From contig JAQUNP010000001.1 in assembly GCA_028717565.1 (NCBI GenBank), forward strand, positions 178,997 through 227,995: a stretch of DNA of 48,999 nt, given 5' to 3'. The DNA comes from Patescibacteria group bacterium. GTDB taxonomy: Bacteria; Patescibacteriota; Kazan-3B-28. Position numbers and translations under genes: made by a program. This document shows positions 39,301 to 47,475 of the stretch, piece after piece. The notes beneath the pieces were generated by a model that ran no database searches, had not been told where the DNA came from, and saw only the letters and a list, made by a program, of their open reading frames with translations. Each line of letters opens with the position of its first letter. Within the stretch, counting starts at the first letter, position 1.

Positions 39301-39979
39301 CTGGAGTACCGGAAGCCATGCTGACGGAAAGTCCGCCAGTGGCTGGAGTGGAAGAACCACTACCGACAACGATGTCCCAGAAAATGGTACCACCGCTACG
39401 GCCACCCAAGTTGTTGTTTGGGCCCCCTGCACCTGGACCTGGTTTGTCACCAAGCCAAGCGTCATATTCCTGAACCATACCTACGCGATAGCGGTAGGTT
39501 CCGTCGGCAATGCCGGCCTTCACCTTGAGCGCCCAATTGAAGGTCAAGTTTTGGCCAGGATAAACCGCGTCACCACTTTGGAAAGTGGCAAATCGGTTGT
39601 TGTTCACAAACGGGCCACCGTATGTGAAGTCGAAGATATTGTCATAGACAGTATCATCGGTTGCACCAATCCTCAGCTCATGAGCGCCCACATAAGGAGC
39701 GACTTCATCGAGCAAAGCATCAGCGCTGTAGAAAACGTCAGTCCGGGAAGTGTTTTGAACAGTCAAAGAAAAGTTCAAAATGTCTCCACCGGCCGCGTTG
39801 ATTACCGTGGCACCACCACTAGCAGCACCTGGGGTTTGTGCAACCCACTTGGCACTGGAAGTGTTACCACGAGACTCAAAAGCCATTACTTGGGTAGGAG
39901 CAGCAAAGGCAACTGCCATCGCCACTGTCATGACCCAAGCCAGAGCTTGAGAAGTTCTTTTCATTACGGAATTACTCAT
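36320..39979 (-). CDS. Large S-layer-like secreted protein
   Basis: 1219 aa, T/A/G/V/D-rich; signal peptide; N-terminal NBR1-type Ig-like domain then repeated beta-sandwich modules (GGLSVSMASGTP, GTITLA, GALVISKASSTAP). Confidence 0.8.
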   Translation of the reverse strand: MSNSVMKRTSQALAWVMTVAMAVAFAAPTQVMAFESRGNTSSAKWVAQTPGAASGGATVINAAGGDILNFSLTVQNTSRTDVFYSADALLDEVAPYVGAHELRIGATDDTVYDNIFDFTYGGPFVNNNRFATFQSGDAVYPGQNLTFNWALKVKAGIADGTYRYRVGMVQEYDAWLGDKPGPGAGGPNNNLGGRSGGTIFWDIVVGSGSSTPATGGLSVSMASGTPVAGQIANNANTNFTKVTLTPASGATVSVTSLYVTRSGLSTDSAVQNVKLIRASDGVQVGNTAGGFNANHKAQIFFSPAMSISSPTDFYLRAGIVSSTVTAPAGNTVALGIAANSDIMSNATSVSGAPVVGNQMTIVNITVGTITLAQYGAVADSTPDAGDTDVTLNTFQLTAGSTEDMIVEQITVMKAGTANSTDTNNIELVNDSTGISVATVASWNSENKAVFNFSPALTIGKGNTVRFTVRIDIVSGSGLTVNADIVDGSDGLIVAKGALYGYYINPTVSGSWAGTPTASQTINSGALVISKASSTAPTGSIAIADNQNLGTWTFEARGEDILVTALYGDLVIGQIAGTPDASDVTNARLYDEAGNIVLGPIDGDTTDAGTGDGELDFTSSFIIPVGIHNYTLKVRIGTDFAGTDTIYARILANGDITARTIRTNTALAAGTTIIGAAATLNTMTVKAVALTATTLLTPPQQSIAVGIQDHIFMTGVFSASGSGEDVRITGAPFQVTTTNQADLDALVNMEVWADLTAANSSRGDKYETKITNTEQPAGTAAAAATVDYSWTFTTPLTVPKDGSIEIAFIGDIIGGIFTVAGSNDTFYVEFDEDGSPTVTAAGVDTGTDPACTPATVTSKTRTIEPAGAVTITVDSSSPQSDIVVGGSTGRTIAVYRAVTTSVEAVELDRFKVTNGSTGDENTGTWYLYSNRDASGNLVTPFVVATAANGATMTFNVPDNTTKIPADSVALLTVKTDILPVDGTTVQNGDTVDTNIADLTNEAGDGVTLDTDIDFTGKASGSTVPGTGTDAITNADHELYKSRPYVSFAADTPSGPLTPTAAGSVTGLIAKINITADAAFDIAFTNDDASHDATDSSIVISLNVVVNDDGVDSGGYSFVDLSTATVVDSATTDLEAGADEICDFSTADMFIGAGLTKTLAVYADTQAFEDTGDSLQVWLSDAADGNFQFGTTITADSAANGYNVGTIVLRGDKFGGTLVKA

Positions 39980-40051
39980 GTAATTATTTATCCTTGATTA
40001 ATAATTGAATTCTGTTGATTTTGGAGTTTAGGTTCAATTCGCCTGACACAG

Positions 40052-41059
40052 CTAATTTTGGCTGTCCTCGACCCGAGGTGAATCGTTAGCAATATAATCC
40101 TGATTTTCGAAAATTAATTTGCTGGCGACGGTAATCTCACGCACAGCTATCCCCCACTGCATGGTGGCAGTCGGGTTTTCTATGATCCGACCATCGACTC
40201 GCACTTTTTCTGGTTGGCCAATGTATTTGTTGATATCAATGGCCTCTGCTCCGCGTAGCAAATAAATTACTCCCCCCGAATTCAGTGCCGGTTGGCCATA
40301 AGCAGTGACTATTGAGCCATAGAAAATAGTTTGCGCCACGGGCTCTGCCGGCTCTTCTTCAGCTGGCTTTCTGATGTCTTCTGGCAAAATCTTGTCTAGC
40401 TCGTCCCGAACGGCTACAACAGATTTCTTGATCTCTTCATTATCAACATTTTCCTTGATAATAGTGCTGACAATGCTCTGCTGGTTGGTTACCAGCTCTT
40501 TCAATTTATTCAAAAGCTCGATTGATGCTGCTCCATCCGCATCTTTCAAAGCGGCTACGGAGGTTTGGGCTGAGGCCAGAGCTTTTTTAGATTCATTTAA
40601 AACAGCTTCGAGTTTGGCTGGATCTACATTCTCCAAGCCCTGGACGCGTTCATTGGCGATAGACAGTTTCAAGGCCGCCTTCTGGGCTGGATCTGAAACC
40701 AGCGCTACCTGTACGGTTTCCAGTGCCTTTCTCACACCAAAGAGCGGATCGCCCGGCTCAGCTGTACGCGCAATCGCACCAGTAGTAAAGGTGGCGATGA
40801 AAACAGTTGCCACTAGCCCTAGAGTGGCTGGCAGGGAAAGCATAACCCGACGTGGGCGGAAGATGTCCTGCAGCTTCTTCAAAGGCATAATCAAGTCCAT
40901 TGATTCGGTCTTGGTTTGCATTGAATCAATCAAATCTAGCTGGCCAATCTTTTTGAAAACCTTGTCACGAATGGCCTGCTTTTGGACAGACGACATATAA
41001 GCATCTTTGCCCAAAATGCTTAAGGTTTGTTCCAGCTGATCAAACGGTTGTTTCGACAT
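40052..41059 (-). CDS. Putative anti-sigma factor (TM plus DUF5667-like helical domain)
   Basis: Short cytoplasmic N-terminus, TM, AEPGDPLFGVRKALE pattern; in operon with an ECF sigma. Confidence 0.75.
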   Translation of the reverse strand: MSKQPFDQLEQTLSILGKDAYMSSVQKQAIRDKVFKKIGQLDLIDSMQTKTESMDLIMPLKKLQDIFRPRRVMLSLPATLGLVATVFIATFTTGAIARTAEPGDPLFGVRKALETVQVALVSDPAQKAALKLSIANERVQGLENVDPAKLEAVLNESKKALASAQTSVAALKDADGAASIELLNKLKELVTNQQSIVSTIIKENVDNEEIKKSVVAVRDELDKILPEDIRKPAEEEPAEPVAQTIFYGSIVTAYGQPALNSGGVIYLLRGAEAIDINKYIGQPEKVRVDGRIIENPTATMQWGIAVREITVASKLIFENQDYIANDSPRVEDSQN

Positions 41060-41667
41060 TAGATTTCGGTTTCATTAACCCATATGCGACTGACTACACA
41101 TTCCCACGTCCCATCCTTAGTGGGTCTCACCAACCCCTCGACTGTTGCTTTTTGTTCGATGTATGGCTGCATGTTTCGTCCTCCTAAATCCGTCAGTGAT
41201 ACTCTAAGATAATTTTTTGACCCAGCGTAAACTTCTGGGGTAACGAAAGATAACGTGACCTGGTCTGGGGTATAAATGTTTTGGGTAAGCAGACCCATAA
41301 TCCTATCAGCAGTATTTTCAATAGGCATTGACAGGGCGTTGTTGGTGTAGAGAACTGTTTCTGCGACAGTACTAACTATACTCGAAATGCGAATTAGATG
41401 ATCGGTGTCAGTAAGAATTCCTTCTAATCGAACCCCCTGTCCCAACTTATCTAGTGCCTGGTCTACAGTGAGACCTTCATCAATAAGCAACAAGCCATTC
41501 GTCTCGGTCACTACAGCCGCCTGGCCCCAACCCAACGTGATATTGCCAACAAAGGTGGCCGCGTCAACTTTCGTAGCCCCCATGAACAGAGCGATTATCG
41601 CCAGACCACTAGTGATGCCAACGTTCAACAAAAATTTCTTGAGGTTTATAGTGTGAGTCATATTCAT
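41059..41667 (-). CDS. Secreted hypothetical protein with OB-like repeats
   Basis: Signal peptide; two GQ/EQ.V..EG.. modules. Confidence 0.7.
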   Translation of the reverse strand: MNMTHTINLKKFLLNVGITSGLAIIALFMGATKVDAATFVGNITLGWGQAAVVTETNGLLLIDEGLTVDQALDKLGQGVRLEGILTDTDHLIRISSIVSTVAETVLYTNNALSMPIENTADRIMGLLTQNIYTPDQVTLSFVTPEVYAGSKNYLRVSLTDLGGRNMQPYIEQKATVEGLVRPTKDGTWECVVSRIWVNETEI

Positions 41668-41742
41668 ATAAAAATTTAGGGATGTAATGTTTTATTTTCC
41701 CCATATGACCCAAAGATCCCCAAGAATCCTTAAGTTCCTAAT

Positions 41743-42303
41743 TTATTTGTTTTTGAGTTCTTCGGCCAAACGCTTCAGGGCCCGATGTGTGAGCGCTCGA
41801 ACGTTGGCCTCTTTTTTCTTCATAATCTGAGCTACACGCGCAATCGGGATCTCTTCCGCGAAACGCAAGCGCAGCACCTTGGCATACTCGGCTGGCATTT
41901 TGTCCAGCACGGCCTCCAGTTCACTCGCCTCTGTGTACGGCTCCTCCCCTTCCAAGTCCGCCATTTCAGGCAGATCTTCGAAAGAGATTTCTCGCCGGCT
42001 ACTCACGCGGTAGTAGTCCACTACGGCGTTGCGAGCAATGGCATAGAGCCAAGATGAAAACTTAGCCCCTTCTTTCGGCTTGAACTGATGAATTTTTTGC
42101 CAAGCTTTTAAGAATATTTCAGAAGTTAGATCTTCGGCTACTGGTACCGATTTGACCTTGATGTAAACAAACCGGTAAACTTTCCCCGCCCAGACCTCAT
42201 AGAGCTGCCCAAAGGCGCGCTCATCGCCCGATTGGGATGCGAGGACTAAGTTGGTTTCCGAAGATTTTGACTTAGCTTGTAAATTAAGCTGCGAAGTAGC
42301 CAT
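41743..42303 (-). CDS. ECF sigma factor
   Basis: AFGQLYE, AEDLTSEIFLKAW, FSSWLY.IARN..VDYYR, region-4 HTH. Confidence 0.93.
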   Translation of the reverse strand: MATSQLNLQAKSKSSETNLVLASQSGDERAFGQLYEVWAGKVYRFVYIKVKSVPVAEDLTSEIFLKAWQKIHQFKPKEGAKFSSWLYAIARNAVVDYYRVSSRREISFEDLPEMADLEGEEPYTEASELEAVLDKMPAEYAKVLRLRFAEEIPIARVAQIMKKKEANVRALTHRALKRLAEELKNK

Positions 42304-42320
42304 ACGGCTATGTACTTCTT

Positions 42321-42349
42321 ACAACGATATAGACCCATTTTTTGTTACA
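42321..42349 (-). promoter_or_regulatory. Candidate ECF-type promoter TGTAAC-N17-CGTTGT
   Basis: AAC...CGT signature about 20 bp upstream of the ECF sigma start. Confidence 0.55.
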
Positions 42350-42438
42350 CAAATAGGCAAAAAGTGTGTCTGGGAGCTTAATATCAGCTTGTGACTTTAT
42401 CCACAAAAAGAGCTCCCTGAATGTCTTCAATGCTTAGA

Positions 42439-42467
42439 ATTATACCCAGTATATGAGATTTTTGCAA
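42439..42467 (-). promoter_or_regulatory. Sigma70-type promoter TTGCAA-N17-TATAAT
   Basis: Read on the minus strand upstream of the ECF sigma at 42303. Confidence 0.65.
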
Positions 42468-42561
42468 CCCCTGGCTCAAAGAAAAGCGCCCCGTGGGAGC
42501 GCCTTTCTGATTGAACGACTAAATTTGAAGCAGAATGGTTCTTGACTGACCCCGGTAGCGC

Positions 42562-43545
42562 TTAGTTGGTAGGTGCTGTCACGGTCGTGGTCATCGGTTG
42601 TGGAGTGGGATATTTTTCCTCCTGCTTCCACTCGACTTCACCGTTTTCGAACTTGGCTCTGATCTGCTTGGCGATCTCTTCGCGCTGCCGAGCCATTTCT
42701 TGCTCCAGTTGACGCCAAGCATCGGGGATCTGTTCGTCGAACTCTGGTTTTATCGGATAGGGATTGGGGGCAATAGCAGGCACCGTGACTCCGAACTGGC
42801 TCTCCACCTCTTGCTGAACCTGCTGGAAAAGCTCGACATTATTCGTCATAAATGTACGGATCTGGTTTCTGACTTCCTGTGACTGAGCCGGCGGAGTTGG
42901 CGGAAAATGTTTGTCGATGTCATCGACTTTTAACTCCCGACGAGTGATGATCTCGTCCATTCTATCAATAACCATCTGATAGACCTTCAGAGTGGCCTCG
43001 TCCGTAGTTTCGCTAAGCTTGGCCTCAAAGTAATCTCGAATCGCTTCAGCTTTTTCGATGCTAATAGCCAATCTCTCGATAGCATGCTCTTTGTGTGCCT
43101 CCCAGTTTTCCCGCATTTTTTCAGATAGCTGATCGGCGTCTAACGCTAAGAGTGCACCTAGTTCGTCGGCCCTTTCTTCGCTAAATAGAGCAAATAGCCC
43201 GGCTTTGGCCTGTTCAGAGAAGGTTAATTTCTCCTGGAGTTGCTCGACCAACTGGTCAATCGGATAGAGCATATCGCCAGGTTTGGCAGCATCTGCTAGA
43301 GCAGCGGTACTACCACCCAAAGCGATGACTAGCGCTAGAATCATTGGAATTATCGGCATAGTTAATCTCCTGTGGTTGAATATATTTACACGACCCTGGT
43401 GATAAGTCCGTGTGGGTGTGGATTTTATTACAGTCATCAGTTCAGCTTTGATTGCGCCTTTATCGGATTCGTCTAAACGAAAAACCTGACCGGCGCGCTC
43501 CAGCCTTTTGATTAGTTCAACATCTGTAAATCGTTTATTGCTCAT
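42562..43545 (-). CDS. Putative anti-sigma factor (TM plus DUF5667-like domain)
   Basis: Overlaps the sigma stop; TM; AKPGDMLYPIDQLVE...EER..EL. Confidence 0.78.
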   Translation of the reverse strand: MSNKRFTDVELIKRLERAGQVFRLDESDKGAIKAELMTVIKSTPTRTYHQGRVNIFNHRRLTMPIIPMILALVIALGGSTAALADAAKPGDMLYPIDQLVEQLQEKLTFSEQAKAGLFALFSEERADELGALLALDADQLSEKMRENWEAHKEHAIERLAISIEKAEAIRDYFEAKLSETTDEATLKVYQMVIDRMDEIITRRELKVDDIDKHFPPTPPAQSQEVRNQIRTFMTNNVELFQQVQQEVESQFGVTVPAIAPNPYPIKPEFDEQIPDAWRQLEQEMARQREEIAKQIRAKFENGEVEWKQEEKYPTPQPMTTTVTAPTN

Positions 43546-44077
43546 CTAATAATGTCTCTCTTAAATGATCTAGTCCCCGTTTAAAAATAACCCTAAGATT
43601 ATTCTCGGTTTTGCCAGTGATGTCGGAAATTTCGCTATACTCCAGCTGCTCTATGAGCTTGAGCTTGAGAACCGTTTGATACATTTCCGGCAAATGGTTG
43701 AGTGCGTCAATGATCGCGTAGCTCTCTAGGGCGTTAGCCGTTTCTACCCCTATGTCCGTATCATCCGGTATATCTGTTACAGCGTCGAGCGATACCTGGG
43801 GCTTAAAACTGCGATAGTGATCAATCAATTTGTATCTGGCGATAGAAAAAATCCAGGTTTTGAAGCTACGATTAGCGTTATAGCGCTTTAAGCTCTGCCA
43901 GGCCTCTAAAAAGGTTTGGCTGGTAAGATCCTTGGCTATCTCTGGATCTTTTACCCGAAAGGCCAGAAATTTGTAAATGTTGTCCGACAACAGGTCAAAA
44001 ATTTGTCCAAAGGCATCCGTATTACCGGACTGGGCTTGTTCCGCCAGTTGATTTAGCTTGGAAACCGATAAAGACAT
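43535..44077 (-). CDS. ECF sigma factor
   Basis: AFGQIFD, AKDLTSQTFLEAW, FKTWIFSIAR..LIDHYR, region-4 HTH. Confidence 0.93.
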   Translation of the reverse strand: MSLSVSKLNQLAEQAQSGNTDAFGQIFDLLSDNIYKFLAFRVKDPEIAKDLTSQTFLEAWQSLKRYNANRSFKTWIFSIARYKLIDHYRSFKPQVSLDAVTDIPDDTDIGVETANALESYAIIDALNHLPEMYQTVLKLKLIEQLEYSEISDITGKTENNLRVIFKRGLDHLRETLLDEQ

Positions 44078-44102
44078 AATCCTAGTGTATCCGAAAAAAG
44101 AG

Positions 44103-45254
44103 CTAATATATTACAGATTTTATCACTCCCCCACCTAAACAGATATCGCGATCGTAGATAACTAATGACTGGCCAGGGGTTAGGGCACGTTGTGGCCGAT
44201 TAAAAATAAACTGCCAGTGGCGATTGGCTTGATGCAGCTCACCAATGTATAGCTCTGGCCCGTAGCGGGGCTTGGCTTTGAGCTTGGTGGGCATGGAGTA
44301 GGTTTTATCGATTAGATGGAATTTCTCTAAGACAACCCCACGGCGGTAGGTGGCCTTGTCTGGCCCGACTATAACTAGATTTTTCTTCACATCTGTATCC
44401 ACCACATACAGTGGCCGTACCTGACCGGCCAATCCGGCCACTCGCCTTTGACCTACCGTGTAAAACCAAGCGCCCTCATGATGGCCCAAGATTTTGCCGT
44501 CCAGATCAATAATCTCCCCTGTCTTTTCTGGCAGACGGGTTTTTAAGAAGCTTTTAACATCGATATTTCCAATAAAACAAATCCCCTGGCTGTCTCTTTT
44601 GCTGGCCGTGGGCAAGCCGGCAGCTTGCGCAATCTCACGAATCTGACTTTTTTTGTATTCACCGATTGGGAAAAGACACTTGGAGAGCTGGTTTTGGGTT
44701 AAATTATAAACAAAATAGGTCTGATCTTTGATCGGGTCTTTGCCTTTGAGCAAGTGGTATTTAGTTTTATCCTTACGCACACGAATATGGTGTCCGGTGG
44801 CCATTAAATCGGCACCCATTGCCAAAGCTTTTTTCAAAAAAAGATCAAACTTTATCTCTGTGTTGCACAAAATATCCGGGTTAGGGGTGCGGTCGGTTTT
44901 GTATTCTGCAAAAAATCGCTCCATGACTCGTTTTTTATATTCTTTTTCAAAATTAAAAACCAGATAAGGCACTTTTAAAAATCGACAAACCTTCACCATA
45001 TCTTGATAATCCTTCAGCAGCTGGCAGTGTTTTAGGGGGATTTCTGGAAAAGACCAGTTTTTCATAAAGACCCCGACTATCTGATAGCCCTGCTGCTTTA
45101 GGAGATAAGCCGTCACAGATGAGTCCACTCCCCCGCTCATGGCCACAAAAACTGTTGGCTGGGGGTGATTTTTATTCAGTTTGAAATTTGGGCTGTCTTT
45201 GAAATGTTTGCGCCAGTCGCGTTTTTTTCTTCTGATTGGAGTTAGAGTGGACAT
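44103..45254 (-). CDS. mnmA: tRNA 2-thiouridylase MnmA
   Basis: AMSGGVDSSV, TPNPDILCN, ATGH, DQTYF, DSQGICF, TPGQS. Confidence 0.96.
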   Translation of the reverse strand: MSTLTPIRRKKRDWRKHFKDSPNFKLNKNHPQPTVFVAMSGGVDSSVTAYLLKQQGYQIVGVFMKNWSFPEIPLKHCQLLKDYQDMVKVCRFLKVPYLVFNFEKEYKKRVMERFFAEYKTDRTPNPDILCNTEIKFDLFLKKALAMGADLMATGHHIRVRKDKTKYHLLKGKDPIKDQTYFVYNLTQNQLSKCLFPIGEYKKSQIREIAQAAGLPTASKRDSQGICFIGNIDVKSFLKTRLPEKTGEIIDLDGKILGHHEGAWFYTVGQRRVAGLAGQVRPLYVVDTDVKKNLVIVGPDKATYRRGVVLEKFHLIDKTYSMPTKLKAKPRYGPELYIGELHQANRHWQFIFNRPQRALTPGQSLVIYDRDICLGGGVIKSVIY

Positions 45255-45325
45255 ATCGTCAATTATAGCTCAAATAAAGGCGCCACCGTAGTGGCGCCTG
45301 CTTCTCCAGTGCTCTCGTAGGATTC

Positions 45326-45895
45326 TTAGGTCTCCTCGGTTTTCTGTTCAGATGACTGCGGCCCGAGGAGCAACCGCCGTCTAATCTCCAAGCCGGGCAT
45401 GCTTGGAAGGAACTCCCTGACCAGATGGATGGCCAGGGTTTCACTCGGTGGCCGATTGACCACCTCGTTGGTCGGGCCAATGAATTGAACCAGGAATTTC
45501 CCGCCTCGCTGGTTCAACTCCTTGATATCAACCCGAACCACCCGGCGGCGGCTAGCATCAGCGGGTCGTTTCGAGATGGGCTCATTGAGCCAACCTCGAC
45601 ACTCGGAGCAGGCACGTACCGCAATGGTGGCCTGCTCCTTGGACCATACGTACGGCTCCTCGAGCCGTCGGACTGGATCTGGGTTTGTGCGCCAGATCTC
45701 GGCGCATACATAAAAGACGTGGATCGCCTCCGGCCCAGAGAGGTTCTCTCCGTCTTTGCCCCGTTCACGCGTAGCGGTAGCGGGGCTCAAGCAGACAATA
45801 CAGACACGTTTGCTGTACCGTCTGCGATACCAGTTAAAGGTCTGAAAGAGCCAGGCCTGTACGGCTGATACCGGAGTCTGTTTGAAACTTTTCAT
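45326..45895 (-). CDS. ORFan with two CxxC motifs
   Basis: SD AAGGAGGTGA; promoter TTGACT-N17-TATGAT at 45959-45987; CIVC and CSEC; hairpin at 45278-45299. Confidence 0.62.
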   Translation of the reverse strand: MKSFKQTPVSAVQAWLFQTFNWYRRRYSKRVCIVCLSPATATRERGKDGENLSGPEAIHVFYVCAEIWRTNPDPVRRLEEPYVWSKEQATIAVRACSECRGWLNEPISKRPADASRRRVVRVDIKELNQRGGKFLVQFIGPTNEVVNRPPSETLAIHLVREFLPSMPGLEIRRRLLLGPQSSEQKTEET

Positions 45896-46080
45896 CTTCT
45901 TCACCTCCTTTGGGTGTGGGTAGATGAGCACATGGATTTGGGGTTCAACACTGCCCGGATCATATACGAATATGCATAAAAAGTCAAGCCCAGAGTGCAT
46001 TTTTATATGTGAAAGGCCGGGGTTACCCGGCCTTTATATCCCTTCAAAGGGCAAATGACACCCGGAGATTTTCCGGGGAG

Positions 46081-46560
46081 CTATGGCGTCATGGTGATGG
46101 TGCCGTCCTTCTCCTGACGCCACTGTTTTGCCCACTTGCCACCAAGCTCCTTCCAGAGGTCGACAAGTGGCACTGGGTTTACCTGTCCGCAGACCCGCGT
46201 CATGACGCGGTTCTGAGTGACTGTAAACTTTTTGCCATCGCTGGGGGCGGAGAAATCCCGCACCACCAGTAGCATCGGCAGGTGGCTCCTGACCAGACGC
46301 CGGATCTTCTCATCCTGGGCTGCCTGGACCTCCTTAATCCAGGCTCGCAGCTTGAGCATGCAGGATGCATCCGCTCGAACTTCCTCCTGAAAGGGAGGAA
46401 CATGCGCCATACTGCGGGGCTCACGATTCTGCACCTCATAGGTGAGGCCTACGACGTAAACCCCTGCCACCTGTTGGCCCCTGATGGAGCCATCGACTCC
46501 GCAGACCTGGCAGAATGATCTTTGCTCCTGCCGTCCTGACTCAGGTTGTTGACCTATCAT
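46081..46560 (-). CDS. ORFan with CxxC motif
   Basis: SD GAGGTGA; promoter TTGCAA-N17-TATATT at 46607-46635; CQVC; hairpin at 46012-46035. Confidence 0.6.
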   Translation of the reverse strand: MIGQQPESGRQEQRSFCQVCGVDGSIRGQQVAGVYVVGLTYEVQNREPRSMAHVPPFQEEVRADASCMLKLRAWIKEVQAAQDEKIRRLVRSHLPMLLVVRDFSAPSDGKKFTVTQNRVMTRVCGQVNPVPLVDLWKELGGKWAKQWRQEKDGTITMTP

Positions 46561-46707
46561 GTTAATCACCTCGAGAAGAAGTATGTACACAAATTATGTC
46601 GGTTGCAATATAGACCATTTTCATGAATATTGCAATTCTAGAGCAAAAAACTAGGGAGCGAGCCAGTGACTCACTCCCTTTCCCATATTGTTTGGGATGC
46701 CCGTCCG

Positions 46708-47001
46708 CTATTTTGCGGGGGTGACGGCCACTTCCGACATTTCCGAATCCGGCTGTAAGTTGTAGCCGTCGGCCAACCGCTTCGGTTTGTCGGGGCCATC
46801 ACTGACCCAGCAGAGCTGATCCCTGGTACGCAAATGTGTAATACACAGTTGCACTGTACGATCCCCACCTTTGATTGTCACTCCGGATACCCAGAAAGCA
46901 TTTGGGCATCCTGCTACCGAGCATCGCTCGGCGGTAGATTTTGCCGGTCTCAGTCCGTAATCATCCCCTTTGACATGAGACCCGTTCCCTGATGTACACA
47001 T
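46708..47001 (-). CDS. Small ORFan with C-x4-C...C-x2-H motif
   Basis: SD GGGAGGGT; promoter TTGACA-N17-CATATT at 47046-47074; CSVAGC...CITH; hairpin at 46653-46679. Confidence 0.58.
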   Translation of the reverse strand: MCTSGNGSHVKGDDYGLRPAKSTAERCSVAGCPNAFWVSGVTIKGGDRTVQLCITHLRTRDQLCWVSDGPDKPKRLADGYNLQPDSEMSEVAVTPAK

Positions 47002-47119
47002 GGTACACCCTCCCTAACTCAAATATGAGTACAATACATATCAAAAATATGCTCCTGCATTGATTTTCTGTCAAGAATTGACTGATGGCCGCTCCTGCTT
47101 AGGAGCGGCCATCTTATGC

Positions 47120-47395
47120 TTACAGGCGGAAAATTGGTTGACGGGACTTATTGTAATCAGTGAAATGTACCCCATTTGGGCTGATGAAGCGCCCCTCTGG
47201 AGTAACCATCCACCCCTGTCGGATAAGGTCACGACATTCACCGCAAACCCCCACTAACCGACAGTGTCCGTTTTTCACAGGAGTGGTCCCTGTCCCTAGC
47301 AACAAAATGTCGCCGACCGGGATTTCCAACTCCTCGAGATGCCGGTATTGATGACAGCAGCCACAATCCCCCATTTGGATTTCTGCACTGCCCAT
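47120..47395 (-). CDS. Small ORFan with two CxxC motifs
   Basis: SD AAGGAGG; CGCC and CGEC; 13-bp hairpin at 47084-47113. Confidence 0.6.
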   Translation of the reverse strand: MGSAEIQMGDCGCCHQYRHLEELEIPVGDILLLGTGTTPVKNGHCRLVGVCGECRDLIRQGWMVTPEGRFISPNGVHFTDYNKSRQPIFRL

Positions 47396-47475
47396 ATGGT
47401 GCCTCCTTTGCGCACACTACCGATACATCTCCGCCTGTTTTTCGCCAAAGAGCACTTCTCCTCTATCCCCAGGTT

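Noticed and set aside
36260-41000. Long plus-strand ORFs (e.g. 39290-39997, 40374-41000, 37853-38404, 38529-39041)
   Set aside because: Antisense shadows of well-supported minus-strand genes with biased codon usage; no motifs or start signals.
42397-42405. Isolated perfect DnaA box TTATCCACA
   Set aside because: A single box without a cluster or unwinding element; could be chance or a minor regulatory site.
45255-47475. Intact prophage, integron or IS in the GC-richer block
   Set aside because: No integrase, transposase, structural gene, attC-like site or flanking direct repeat is recognisable.
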